Origin: a virus
Reading direction: 5' to 3' (one strand)
DNA length: 36,070 nucleotides
Virus genome (UHGV): UHGV-1528002
Below the pieces are notes generated by a model, which ran no database searches, was not told the origin of the DNA, and saw only the letters and a list, made by a program, of their open reading frames with translations. Below, piece by piece: positions 1-8,342 of the stretch. Each line of letters opens with the position of its first letter. The stretch's first letter is position 1. Made by a program: the position numbers and the translations under genes.

Positions 1-48
1 TTAACAGCTAACTCATAGCAAATCATTCCTATTCAGATGCCAACTCAA

Positions 49-79
49 CCCTCTGTTTTTGCAGAGGGTTTTTGTTTTT
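49..79 (+). terminator. Rho-independent terminator-like hairpin at the left prophage boundary
   Basis: CCCTCTG-tttttg-CAGAGGG followed by TTTTTGTTTTT; lies just outside the integrase promoter region, probably in or next to attL. Confidence 0.5.
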
Positions 80-192
80 ATGTATTCATTTCTATTCACT
101 CTACGCCATATTTTTCGGCGGTACAGGTGACGGTATTACCTTAAAGGTATACTCTCATACCGTCATGAAAATGGTTTCTATACGGGTGAATT

Positions 193-1443
193 GTGCTTAC
201 CGATACAAAATTAAAAAACCTCAAGCCGCAGGACAAACTGTACAAGGTCTCCGATCGTGACGGGCTGTATGTCGCTGTGCTTACGTCAGGCACGGTCTCG
301 TTTCGTTATGACTACCGTATCAACGGTCGCCGCGAAACACTGGTAATCGGGCAGTATGGGCGTGACGGTATCAGCCTGGCAGAAGCGCGAGAAGAACTGA
401 TTGCTGCAAAGAAGCTGCTTAAAGCAGGCCAGTCGCCGGCTGCGGCTAAACGTGACGGTATCAAAAAGATTCGTGGTGCCGAGACGTTTGCGGTACATAC
501 CGCCAGTTATATGAAACACGTCATCCTGGCTGAAAGTACCCGCGCAATGAAGCAGGCAGTGATCGACCGTGAAATACTTCCTGTTCTTGGCAACAAAATG
601 ATGACTGAAATTACCACATCGATGGTTCGTGATTTGTGTGACAGGATTGTCGAACGCGGTGGTCGGGCAACAGCAGTACAGGCCAGGGAGATCATCAGCA
701 GCGTATACCGTCACGCCAATGACCGTGGTCATGGTTTGTTTAATCCTGCGGCTGACATTAAACCTTCGTCTATCGCCATATTTAAACCACGAGAGCGAAC
801 ACTGACACCAGAAGAAATTGGCCTGTTCTTCCGCACGCTGGATGCCATTGGTGCTATGGGCACTATGAAAATGGCTTTAAAGCTGGTGCTTATCACTATG
901 GTTCGTAAAGGCGAATTCACCAACGCAACGTGGGATGAAATAGATTTTAAAAAATGGACATGGACAATTCCTTCAGACCGCATGAAGGGAAGCCGGGCGC
1001 ACGTTATTTACCTGCCTAAACAGGCACAGGATATATTGGTCGGGCTGCAGATGTGCGCTGGTGGAAGTGAATATCTGGTTCCTGGTCGTTACAACTTCCG
1101 GAAGCCATTATCTAATGCCGCGCTGAACTCTCTGATCGACAGAACGGTGAAAATAATAAATGAAAATGGTGAGCATATTCAGGACTTCACCGTACACGAT
1201 ATGCGCCGTACAGCCAGTACGTTATTGCATGAGGCTGGTTATCCTTCAGACTGGATTGAAAAGGCTCTGGCACATGAGCAGAAAGGTGTGCGCGCCGTAT
1301 ATAACAAAGCGGAATACGCCAGACAGCGCGCCTACATGTTGCAGCAGTGGGCCGATATGATTGATTCCTGGATTGACGGGGAGCATACGGATCTGATTCC
1401 GTTCTCCCCGTCGAAGTTTGAGAAATGGATGGCGGGGGAATAA
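193..1443 (+). CDS. int: Tyrosine integrase, P4/CP4-57 type (GTG start)
   Basis: N-terminus LTDTKLKNLKP...YKVSDRDGLYVAVLTSGTVSFRYDYR is the arm-binding domain signature of P4-type integrases; C-terminal catalytic region HDMRRTASTLLHEAGY...ALAH; sits at the prophage end. Confidence 0.85.
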   Translation: MLTDTKLKNLKPQDKLYKVSDRDGLYVAVLTSGTVSFRYDYRINGRRETLVIGQYGRDGISLAEAREELIAAKKLLKAGQSPAAAKRDGIKKIRGAETFAVHTASYMKHVILAESTRAMKQAVIDREILPVLGNKMMTEITTSMVRDLCDRIVERGGRATAVQAREIISSVYRHANDRGHGLFNPAADIKPSSIAIFKPRERTLTPEEIGLFFRTLDAIGAMGTMKMALKLVLITMVRKGEFTNATWDEIDFKKWTWTIPSDRMKGSRAHVIYLPKQAQDILVGLQMCAGGSEYLVPGRYNFRKPLSNAALNSLIDRTVKIINENGEHIQDFTVHDMRRTASTLLHEAGYPSDWIEKALAHEQKGVRAVYNKAEYARQRAYMLQQWADMIDSWIDGEHTDLIPFSPSKFEKWMAGE

Positions 1444-1446
1444 CGT

Positions 1447-1641
1447 TTAATTATTCTGCTGATTTTCTTCCATCTCGGCTTCTGCTGCCAGTGATTCAAT
1501 TTTATCTGCGAATATTGCTGACAGTGTTGCAAATTCAGCATCAGTGACAGCGGGAATTGGAACAAACCTGATCCCGCTGTGTGCAAGCATGTTTGCAGTT
1601 TCAAGGCATTTCCTTAAATCTGCTGGTGATGCCCTGTTCAT
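1447..1641 (-). CDS. Hypothetical small acidic protein (64 aa), last gene of the leftward operon
   Basis: ORF with ATGA start/stop overlap to the upstream methyltransferase gene; protein-like composition. Confidence 0.35.
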   Translation of the reverse strand: MNRASPADLRKCLETANMLAHSGIRFVPIPAVTDAEFATLSAIFADKIESLAAEAEMEENQQNN

Positions 1642-2288
1642 GCTGCACGCTCCCGCCCCTGGTTGTCTGTTGGTGACAGCGGAGAATTGCTGAATGCATT
1701 TGTTAATCCGCCAATATCCAACGCGTATCCGGGGTGTAGTTGCACTGCCGGGTCTTCACACTGATTACCCCAAACATCGAAGCCATGAGACGTCTGGCGG
1801 GCGAACAGTTCAATGCGAGAAACATCGCCTAACAATTGCACAAGTTTTTCACGAACGATATCTGGTTTTCTTGAGTGCTCAAGCCGCGGTGCGGTAAATG
1901 ACTGAACGATCCCTGCATTAATGCGCGTAGGTAGTTTTCCCTTTACTGCAAACAGGCAATCTTCACTATTGGCGCGAGTCATGTGTCCCATACCCATAAC
2001 CAGTTTATCTGGTTGTCGACTACCACATTTTATCCACGTGAAGCCCTTCATGGTCATCAGACGGAATCCCCAGGCTTCAACAACTTTTAGTGCTTCGAGT
2101 GGTTGTGTTGGCACCCACCACATGGCCAACAGACAGTTTTCATCGGCCAAATCCCACACAGGAAGGCGGCAGATATCCAGCACACTCATAACCGGATATT
2201 TAAAACCGGCACCGCGATTACCATCTGCGGCTTTGTCCCGGTATACCCAGGGTGGATCTGCATAGATTAGTGTGTATTTCTTAGTCAT
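1638..2288 (-). CDS. DNA N6-adenine methyltransferase, MT-A70 family
   Basis: LIYADPPW motif (DPPW catalytic motif IV) near the N-terminus; ATG at 2288 preceded by GGGGTGG RBS (the track's longer ORF starts at GTG 2300). Confidence 0.8.
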   Translation of the reverse strand: MTKKYTLIYADPPWVYRDKAADGNRGAGFKYPVMSVLDICRLPVWDLADENCLLAMWWVPTQPLEALKVVEAWGFRLMTMKGFTWIKCGSRQPDKLVMGMGHMTRANSEDCLFAVKGKLPTRINAGIVQSFTAPRLEHSRKPDIVREKLVQLLGDVSRIELFARQTSHGFDVWGNQCEDPAVQLHPGYALDIGGLTNAFSNSPLSPTDNQGRERAA

Positions 2289-2580
2289 AAACCACCCCAC
2301 AACATCCTATGCCGCTATAGTCGCCACGGCGAAGGCCGTTACCTTTTGTGATACATTGGTCCCTGCGAACCGCGATCCTTGCACGCTCAACATCACCAGA
2401 AGCAACATCCATACACTGAAGCCAAAGGTGAGCGGCAATGCGGAACTGCCCTTTTTTCTCTCTTTCAATCGCGCGTTTTTCGATCTCTATCGCCGCAGGA
2501 GTAACGGCGACAATCTTTGACGGACTGCGCATTGAAACCTTGTTCATGTGATATTTTTCAAGTCGGCTTAACTTTCTCAC
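2281..2580 (-). CDS. Hypothetical protein (start uncertain: GTG 2580 or internal ATG)
   Basis: ORF between excisionase and methyltransferase in the same operon; weak coding signal; 3' end overlaps the methyltransferase start. Confidence 0.3.
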   Translation of the reverse strand: MRKLSRLEKYHMNKVSMRSPSKIVAVTPAAIEIEKRAIEREKKGQFRIAAHLWLQCMDVASGDVERARIAVRRDQCITKGNGLRRGDYSGIGCCGVVYD

Positions 2581-2689
2581 TTAATCCAACCCTCTCTGAA
2601 AATTAATGCCAGCAGATAAAGCCATGCTGAAACAGAGGCCAGGAATAAGTACCATCCTGACCATTTGCTCCAGTGCCTTAGAAGCACAC

Positions 2690-2938
2690 TCATGCAGCGT
2701 TGCTCACAGGACGATATACACGTTGCTGAACCGGAGGCTTTTTACCCTGGAACTCTGCCGGGCTTGCTGCCTGACGTTCATCAAGCCAACGCTCAACTTC
2801 GTCACGGTTCCATGCGCAGCGTTTGTCAGTGATATACCAGCGTTTAGGAAATTCACCTGCGCGCTCCATACGGTCGATAGTGCTCCATGACAGTGGCACC
2901 ACCGCCAGGAGTTCCTTCTTACCTAATGCACCTTTCAT
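2690..2938 (-). CDS. Excisionase / AlpA-family DNA-binding protein
   Basis: LSWSTIDRMERAGEFPKRWYITDKRCAWNRDEVERWLDER matches the AlpA/Xis winged-helix pattern; small, integrase-proximal. Confidence 0.7.
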   Translation of the reverse strand: MKGALGKKELLAVVPLSWSTIDRMERAGEFPKRWYITDKRCAWNRDEVERWLDERQAASPAEFQGKKPPVQQRVYRPVSNAA

Positions 2939-2987
2939 AAATACCTCTCTTGGTTGCAGTGCGGCGCGCGTGGCGCCGCGGTGGTGG

Positions 2988-3869
2988 TTACATAGATGTT
3001 TCGTTTAATTCTTCCCGACGAACGCTGTAAACGTCGGTGGCTTTTGCCAGCAGTTCGTCATCATCTGAAAGTTTTTGTGCAATGTATTTGTAAGCCTTAT
3101 CCAGTTCGGAGACAGTGCTGTAATTCATCGCTGCGCTGGTAAAGGCCATCAGCATTTCTTCTGGATCACGGCTATCCGCTTTACGCGTTTGCTCATCAGG
3201 CTTTTTCACTGGTTTAGCGTTGATCAGACTGTTCATTCCCGCAGCAGTAGTTGTTTGCGGAGTAATGTCTCGCTCAACGCGCGGTGCCGTTTCCTGTAAT
3301 TCGTCAGGGGTGTAAACACCAAGAAGTACATCAGGAGCGTGCAGGCGAGCCCATCGTTTCGTGCAAAGATAGGCAAGTTGCTGGCGCGGATCCTGTTCCC
3401 ACAATGGAGAGTTACGCACTCCGGCTTGCGCCATACTGATGGTAAGCTCACGTGGTTCTACTTCTCCTTTAAGAACTGCTGACACAGTTACCGTCAGATT
3501 CGGTGATTTATCTGTTTTGCCGTTAACATTCGACCAGTCACCGCTCCAGCGATAATTAAGGCGTGTCGCTAGCAGGCTGGAAGAGGATACGACCGCGTTT
3601 ACCAACTGTGCTTCGTAGCCTAACGTTCCGTTTACCACATGCGTTTTCTGCGCCACGGCGAAAGGGTTCATTCCCCACTGTGCCGCCTGCATGGTCACCG
3701 CCAGGCAATCGGCAGGTTTGCCTTCAAGATGTTTCGGTACAGTCGCTTTGCTTTGTGACATCAACTCCGCGAAACGCACCAGTTGATTCATGCCCTCGGG
3801 GCTGAAGATTGCCGCAGCAGTGCCTACAGTTGCGCCTGGTTGTGATGTGATTGCGATATCATTGCTCAT
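2988..3869 (-). CDS. Single-strand annealing recombinase, Red-beta/RecT superfamily
   Basis: Segments resembling lambda Bet (LAYLCTKRWARLHAPDVLLGVYTPDE, PRVERDITP); 4-nt overlap with the upstream exonuclease gene. Confidence 0.8.
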   Translation of the reverse strand: MSNDIAITSQPGATVGTAAAIFSPEGMNQLVRFAELMSQSKATVPKHLEGKPADCLAVTMQAAQWGMNPFAVAQKTHVVNGTLGYEAQLVNAVVSSSSLLATRLNYRWSGDWSNVNGKTDKSPNLTVTVSAVLKGEVEPRELTISMAQAGVRNSPLWEQDPRQQLAYLCTKRWARLHAPDVLLGVYTPDELQETAPRVERDITPQTTTAAGMNSLINAKPVKKPDEQTRKADSRDPEEMLMAFTSAAMNYSTVSELDKAYKYIAQKLSDDDELLAKATDVYSVRREELNETSM

Positions 3870-4687
3870 ACGTACATATCCTGTTTACGTGCCCAGTCAG
3901 GGCGTTTAATAATTTCCACTCCGCCCCATTCATCGTTGATGCGGCATTCGTGATAGGTATTCAGATCCCGGCGGAACAGAGCGTGCCCGGCATCGACATC
4001 TGGCGCATCCAGCTCGAACACGCGTACCGGATACCGACCACAATCAATGCTTTCGCTCACGGCAAGAAAGAAAAAACCATGCGGCTGACCAGTAACCCTC
4101 ATTGCGCCTTCGCGGTACATTGCGTCCTGCACGTGGTAGCGGAATTCCTCGATGTGGCGTGCAAAACGGTCCATATCTGCAACCTTTTTCACGTCGACGA
4201 TCACGTTGTGCTCGTTCAGCCATTTGTCTGGACGAATTCGGCACAACTCACCCGTCTCTTCATCGTTCCAGTACATTGATGCTTCGCAGTAACCAGGTGC
4301 TTCCAACATCCAGCGTGCCGCCGGATGAGCCATTGCGCTATCACGCATCAGCTCCAGTTTTCGCCACTGCTCGACATCAAGTACCGTAATACCCATATCC
4401 GCCACATCACGAAGAAATGCTTCTTCGTCAGCTTTACCTTGTTTTGTCCGACGATCGAATTTCGGTGAAACGATGAAGCGTTTGTCGAATTCTCCAGGTT
4501 CCAGAAGCAGGCAGTGCAATGCGGTTCCCATATCCAGTGCAGACTTTTTCTCTTCGTCTTCTGGTGCTGCCTGAACCCATTTAAGAAGCGCCGGATTCTT
4601 GGCAACCATGTCCAGTTGCGACTTACTCACGCCGTCACCTGCGTGGTAGTCTTCGTTGCTGATGTCGAAATAAATTCCCGGTTTCAT
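3866..4687 (-). CDS. Recombination exonuclease, PD-(D/E)XK family (RecE C-terminal-like)
   Basis: N-terminus MKPGIYFDISNEDYHAGDGVSKSQLD typical of the RecE-C-terminal-like nuclease fold; paired with the annealase gene as a RecET/Red-like module. Confidence 0.7.
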   Translation of the reverse strand: MKPGIYFDISNEDYHAGDGVSKSQLDMVAKNPALLKWVQAAPEDEEKKSALDMGTALHCLLLEPGEFDKRFIVSPKFDRRTKQGKADEEAFLRDVADMGITVLDVEQWRKLELMRDSAMAHPAARWMLEAPGYCEASMYWNDEETGELCRIRPDKWLNEHNVIVDVKKVADMDRFARHIEEFRYHVQDAMYREGAMRVTGQPHGFFFLAVSESIDCGRYPVRVFELDAPDVDAGHALFRRDLNTYHECRINDEWGGVEIIKRPDWARKQDMYV

Positions 4688-4984
4688 GCCGCGTCCCTCT
4701 GCCCATCAAGCTGATCCGCCAGATCCCAGCGCGCTATAATTGCCATTGCCTCGCGCCGGTAGGCATCCATCAGTTCTTCGAACTCAGGGCTGTCTTTAGC
4801 AGCCTCCAGCACTTCCTGACGAACGCCTTTGCCTGTTACAACGTCGAAAGTTGAGGACAGTTGATGAAGTCGGATGCTCTCAATCAGTTCAACTTGTCGG
4901 TCATATAGCTGTTCTGACAGGCGGTAGTCCTTGTCGAATGCCAGCATGATTTTTTGAAGATTTTTCTGCTGATTAACGTTCATT
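4684..4984 (-). CDS. Hypothetical protein, first gene of the leftward early operon
   Basis: ATG at 4984 preceded by GGGAGG RBS; ATGA overlap with the exonuclease gene. Confidence 0.5.
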
Positions 4985-5157
4985 ATCAGCCCTCCCATAT
5001 CTCGTTATCGTTGGCCACATCGCGAGCTTCTTTGCTGACGAAAGCCCACTTAATGCCTTCCTGTAAGGTGCGAAACTTCCAACTCATGAATCCGCATGCA
5101 GTAACGCAGTACCAACCGTTGATGATTTTCCACTGCATAACTTGTTACCTCGGTCTG

Positions 5158-5234
5158 TTACCGTTGAGGTAATAATTATGCGTATTTGGTTTGATGTCAA
5201 TAGATATGAGTTAAGAAAATTACCTATTAGGTAA
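5158..5234. promoter_or_regulatory. Left operator pair (OL-like): TTACCGTTGAGGTAA (5158-5172) and TTACCTATTAGGTAA (5220-5234)
   Basis: Two copies of the TTACCT-N3-AGGTAA palindrome flanking the leftward early promoter, immediately downstream of the repressor gene. Confidence 0.6.
5172..5200 (-). promoter_or_regulatory. Leftward early promoter (PL-like)
   Basis: Minus strand: TTGACA (plus 5195-5200), 17-bp spacer, AATTAT (plus 5172-5177); the last T of the -10 is the first base of operator 5158-5172. Confidence 0.5.
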
Positions 5235-5246
5235 CAGTATAGGCAA

Positions 5247-5272
5247 TAAAAAAGCCGCCAGAAGGCGGCTTA
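5247..5272 (-). terminator. Rho-independent terminator after the repressor gene
   Basis: Minus strand hairpin AAGCCGCC-ttct-GGCGGCTT followed by TTTTTTATT. Confidence 0.6.
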
Positions 5273-5291
5273 CTTACTGAAAAGTATGATT

Positions 5292-5876
5292 TTATTGTTT
5301 GTTTTTTTCGTTCTGGTTGATGACAAATTCAATGTAACTTTCGATCTTTGCTTTCTCGGTTTCGGGTAACAATGCGTAGCGCGAGCGGTCATAGTTGATG
5401 GTCGCAGGGTCGTGCGGGTGAATCAGTAATTCATAGCCGTGACGCCCGAATGCGGATGCAACATTCTCCAGGGTGGAAATGGAAACGCTGACCTCATTGT
5501 TTAACAGGCGGCTGATTGTCACCTGGGCGACGCCGGATGCGCGGTGAAGTTTTCCCTGAGTTGAAAGGTCGCGGCTTTCGCTCATCCAGCGTTCCAGGTT
5601 GTGAGCCGCCAGCTGACCAATGTCGCTTGGGCCGACAGGCTGAAAACCTTCCTGAGAAAGCGAGCGATCGATATCAAGCCAGTTACGTGGTTTATTGGCG
5701 GCAGCTTCAATTTTTCGCGCAACCTGGTCGCCGATAACCTTCTTGCCAAGAGCCCAGCGGTTTACCAGATTTGCCTGAGTTCCAAGTTTTTCTGCCATCC
5801 GCGTCTGAACACCATTGAATTCACGGTCGATCAAGTCGTTGAGATTTTGCCTGCGGACGTCCTGGATACTTTTCAT
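5292..5876 (-). CDS. Immunity repressor, tandem helix-turn-helix type, no recognisable autocleavage domain
   Basis: Two HTH-like segments (TRMAEKLGTQANLVNRWALGKK and HRASGVAQVTISRLLNNEVSVSISTLENVASAF); divergent from a Cro-like gene and flanked by palindromic operators; no Ala-Gly/Ser-Lys peptidase motif seen. Confidence 0.7.
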   Translation of the reverse strand: MKSIQDVRRQNLNDLIDREFNGVQTRMAEKLGTQANLVNRWALGKKVIGDQVARKIEAAANKPRNWLDIDRSLSQEGFQPVGPSDIGQLAAHNLERWMSESRDLSTQGKLHRASGVAQVTISRLLNNEVSVSISTLENVASAFGRHGYELLIHPHDPATINYDRSRYALLPETEKAKIESYIEFVINQNEKNKQ

Positions 5877-5931
5877 TTTCTGGAAAATCGCCTCATATAT
5901 GAATCAGTAGATGATTCAATTTAAAGCAATA

Positions 5932-5994
5932 TTACCCAACAGGTAAATGCACCTCATGGGTAACTATCCTTGATTTTTGTTACCTTATGGGTGA
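5932..5994. promoter_or_regulatory. Right operator region (OR-like): TTACCCAACAGGTAA (5932-5946) and degenerate TTACCTTATGGGTGA (5980-5994)
   Basis: Palindromes in the 154-bp divergent region between repressor and cro-like genes; TTGATT at 5970-5975 is a -35-like hexamer for the rightward promoter (-10 not cleanly assignable). Confidence 0.55.
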
Positions 5995-6030
5995 ATATTT
6001 ATTATCTGAAATAAATATCAGGCAATAGCT

Positions 6031-6261
6031 ATGAGCGATAACGGACATTTCGATTTCAAAAAGCACTGGCTTGCACTTACTCCGGATGAGCGTGAAGCCT
6101 TCGCACAGGAAGCCGGAACGACGAGTCACTATATCCAGACTCACTTAACAGGTAAGCGCAAAATGCCAGGTAATGTATTGATGGATGGGCTTTTTAAAGC
6201 CTGTAAATCAAGACAATGGCTGCGCTCAAAAGCAGAACTGGCATACTTCTTCTACTCATGA
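6031..6261 (+). CDS. Cro-like regulator, YdaS family
   Basis: 76 aa, divergent from the repressor; LTPDEREAFAQEAGTTSHYIQTHLTGKR resembles YdaS-type Cro-like HTH proteins. Confidence 0.6.
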   Translation: MSDNGHFDFKKHWLALTPDEREAFAQEAGTTSHYIQTHLTGKRKMPGNVLMDGLFKACKSRQWLRSKAELAYFFYS

Positions 6262-6283
6262 TATCCAGCCACAACCCTCTGTA

Positions 6284-6308
6284 GACCGCCATCCGGCGGT
6301 CTTTTCAT
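6284..6308 (+). terminator. Rho-independent terminator after the cro-like gene
   Basis: GACCGCC-atcc-GGCGGTC followed by TTTTCAT. Confidence 0.6.
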
Positions 6309-6316
6309 ATCTATTC

Positions 6317-6331
6317 GTACCTCAAAGGTAA
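6317..6331. promoter_or_regulatory. Operator-like palindrome GTACCTCAAAGGTAA
   Basis: One mismatch to the TTACCT-N3-AGGTAA consensus; lies between the cro terminator and the next gene. Confidence 0.4.
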
Positions 6332-6411
6332 TAAAAAACCAAATATGGTTGATCTTTTTTTTGTGTCAGCACAAAATAACCGTAATCCCAATACTAATAA
6401 CAGGGCTTACC

Positions 6412-6612
6412 ATGGAAATCATTACACGTATTGATGCCGCAAAGCGCGGACTTAAACGCTACTACACCGGAAAACCATGTAAGCACGGACATGACAGTGA
6501 ACGCTGGGTTTACAACGGACACTGTGTTGAGTGCACCATGGAATCAAACCGTCGCATCAGGGCAGAGATTAAGCAGATCATGATTAATTCCTCCCCACAA
6601 CACTCAAGCTGA
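6412..6612 (+). CDS. Small zinc-binding protein (C-x-H...H-C-x2-C), in the lambda cII position
   Basis: 66-aa ORF from ATG 6412 (the track's longer version starts at TTG); Cys/His cluster KPCKHGHDSERWVYNGHCVEC; function unknown. Confidence 0.45.
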   Translation: MEIITRIDAAKRGLKRYYTGKPCKHGHDSERWVYNGHCVECTMESNRRIRAEIKQIMINSSPQHSS

Positions 6613-6627
6613 TAGCGGAGATTAATC

Positions 6628-7443
6628 ATGAGCAGACATGCAACAGATTGGGCCTGGGAGACAGATCCAGGTAGCTCATCATTAAAGCTCATACTGCTCT
6701 CGATGGCTGACAGAGCCGATGAATATAACCTCTGCTACCCCAGCATAGAACGCCTCGTTAAAGACACTTGCCTGAATAAAAAAACCGTGCAGGCCGGGCT
6801 TATATCGCTCATGAAAATGGGGCTTATTTCAGATACCGGAGAGAGAAAGGGAGCGACAAAAAGAGTGCGGGTTTTCTCTCTTAATATAACCAAAAACGGG
6901 AACATTAAAGGCAACCGGGAAGGGGGTAATGAACCCGAAAACGGTAATTTTACCGAAAACGGGAATATACCCAAAAACGGGATGTTGAATGATCCCAAAA
7001 ACGGGATGTTGAATGATCCCAAAAACGGGATCCAGAACCAGTCATATAACCAGTCATTTAACCAAGAGAGGGAGAGCAGGACAAAAAACGGGGATTCTGT
7101 GTCTCATGACCCCGGCGCAAACAACGCCGTGATGAATAACTTTGTTCCTCCTGGTGGGCCAGGGCAATTAGGCAAATTTGTCATGCATGAACAATGGCAA
7201 CCATCAGATGACTTTCTTCGGAAAAGCTCATTGCAGGGGATCTACCTGGACAGTCTGCCAACGGCACAGGAACTTGCAGAGTTCAGAATTTACTGGATGG
7301 CTGAGGGTAAGGCATACCATCAGGCACAGTGGGAGCAGAAGCTGGCAAGGAGGCTGCAGATTAGCAGACAGAAGCAATCAACATTACCTGATAACAACGT
7401 TCCGCACTGGAACAGCCCTGAAGCATGGGAGGATTTCTTGTGA
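6628..7443 (+). CDS. Replication initiator (lambda O-like role) with N-terminal winged-helix domain and an iteron-encoding linker
   Basis: N-terminal HTH-like region (LKLILLSMADRADEYNLCYPSIERLVKDTCLNKKTVQAGLISL); repetitive Asn/Gly linker encoded by iterons; immediately upstream of a lambda P-like gene. Confidence 0.7.
   Translation: MSRHATDWAWETDPGSSSLKLILLSMADRADEYNLCYPSIERLVKDTCLNKKTVQAGLISLMKMGLISDTGERKGATKRVRVFSLNITKNGNIKGNREGGNEPENGNFTENGNIPKNGMLNDPKNGMLNDPKNGIQNQSYNQSFNQERESRTKNGDSVSHDPGANNAVMNNFVPPGGPGQLGKFVMHEQWQPSDDFLRKSSLQGIYLDSLPTAQELAEFRIYWMAEGKAYHQAQWEQKLARRLQISRQKQSTLPDNNVPHWNSPEAWEDFL
6889..7030 (+). repeat. Iteron array (candidate replication origin) inside the initiator gene
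   Basis: At least 6 direct repeats of (A/C)CC(A/G)AAAACGG(G/T)A at 6889, 6934, 6952, 6969, 6994, 7018; the last three are exactly 24 bp apart. Confidence 0.65.
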
Positions 7444-8225
7444 ACAACGTTTTTACCGCGATACAAAACCGTGACGGAGAAGCCCTTTCTCGCATGTCAG
7501 GTTATGAGCATCAGTACACCAACAATGACAACGTGGTGAACATGTCAGCAGAGAGGCTTGTTGATGCCCTTTTCAAACAGCTGAAACAACTGTTTCCGGC
7601 GGCAGTGGTAACCAACCTGAAGACGCCAGAGCAGGAAGTTGCTGCAAAACAGCAGTGGATTGCTGCGTTTGCCGAAGGGGGGATCCGAACCCGTGAACAG
7701 GTTTCTGCTGGTATGCGCCACGCCCGCGCCAGTGAGTCTCCGTTCTGGCCGTCGCCAGGGCAATTCATCAAGTGGTGTAAAGACAGCAAGATGGTTCTTG
7801 GCGTCACCATTGACGATGTGATGGCGGAGTTTCACCGGTACAGCAAGGAAAAAAGTTTATATCCTGGTGGTCCCGAAAGATTCCCGTGGCGACATCCGGT
7901 TATGTACTGGGTCGTATGTGATACCCGCCGTGCAATGTATCAGCGCCAGCTTAGCGAGATTGAGGTTGAGAAACACGCGCGCAGGCTGCTCGATGATTGG
8001 GCGAAAAAGGTAGCTTCCGGACAGCAGATACCCGATCCGGTGATCAGCATACAGGCAAAGCGAGAGCCCATGAGTACACCTCCGGACACAGGGAGAGACG
8101 TTTACCATCCACCAGGGCGAAGTTTCGGGTGCATGCCTAACGCCGCCACCCTTGGGGGAATAACACCGGCGCAGTGGCTGATGGAGGAATACAGGCGGGG
8201 AAAGGCGGCAGGATTTATCAAGTAA
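7425..8225 (+). CDS. Replication protein P-like helicase loader (start may be GTG 7440)
   Basis: Collinear similarity to lambda P (FPAAVVTNL...QQWIAAFAEGGIRTREQVSAGMRHARASESPFWPSPGQFIKWC...LYPGGPERFPW). Confidence 0.8.
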   Translation: MGGFLVNNVFTAIQNRDGEALSRMSGYEHQYTNNDNVVNMSAERLVDALFKQLKQLFPAAVVTNLKTPEQEVAAKQQWIAAFAEGGIRTREQVSAGMRHARASESPFWPSPGQFIKWCKDSKMVLGVTIDDVMAEFHRYSKEKSLYPGGPERFPWRHPVMYWVVCDTRRAMYQRQLSEIEVEKHARRLLDDWAKKVASGQQIPDPVISIQAKREPMSTPPDTGRDVYHPPGRSFGCMPNAATLGGITPAQWLMEEYRRGKAAGFIK

Positions 8226-8261
8226 TACCAGCGCGATAGCGCATTTTTTTACGCCTCAATG

Positions 8262-8276
8262 ATTACCTATCAGGTA
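8262..8276. promoter_or_regulatory. Operator palindrome TTACCTATCAGGTAA
   Basis: Exact consensus copy 48 bp upstream of the operator at 8324. Confidence 0.5.
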
Positions 8277-8295
8277 ACAAAATATTCTAAACTCT

Positions 8296-8338
8296 ATTGA
8301 TTTCGTGTCTTATGTGGTTTTTAATTACCTAAGAGGTA
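8296..8338 (+). promoter_or_regulatory. Promoter with overlapping operator for the DUF1064 gene
   Basis: TTGATT (8296-8301), 17 bp, TTTAAT (8319-8324), then TTACCTAAGAGGTAA (8324-8338) starting at the last T of the -10. Confidence 0.55.
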
Positions 8339-8342
8339 AATC

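Noticed and set aside
286-732. Minus-strand ORFs (286-732, 507-695, 729-983) inside the integrase gene
   Set aside because: Antisense shadow ORFs within a confidently called gene; no RBS and unlikely composition.
5178-5234. 18-codon mini-ORF running from the SD-like GAGGT of one OL operator to a TAA inside the other
   Set aside because: Probably a coincidental consequence of AGGTAA operator half-sites resembling SD and stop sequences; it lies in the wrong orientation relative to the leftward promoter.
6349-6411. Extended start (TTG 6349) of the small zinc-binding ORF; likewise extended starts at 11196 and 12104 in the ORF track
   Set aside because: The extensions overlap upstream genes or a terminator hairpin and lack RBSs; internal ATG/GTG starts with RBSs were preferred (6412, 11265, 12182).
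6889-7030. Direct-repeat cluster considered as a CRISPR array
   Set aside because: Repeats are only about 13 bp, irregularly spaced, lie inside a coding sequence and match the iteron pattern of lambda-type origins; no cas genes.
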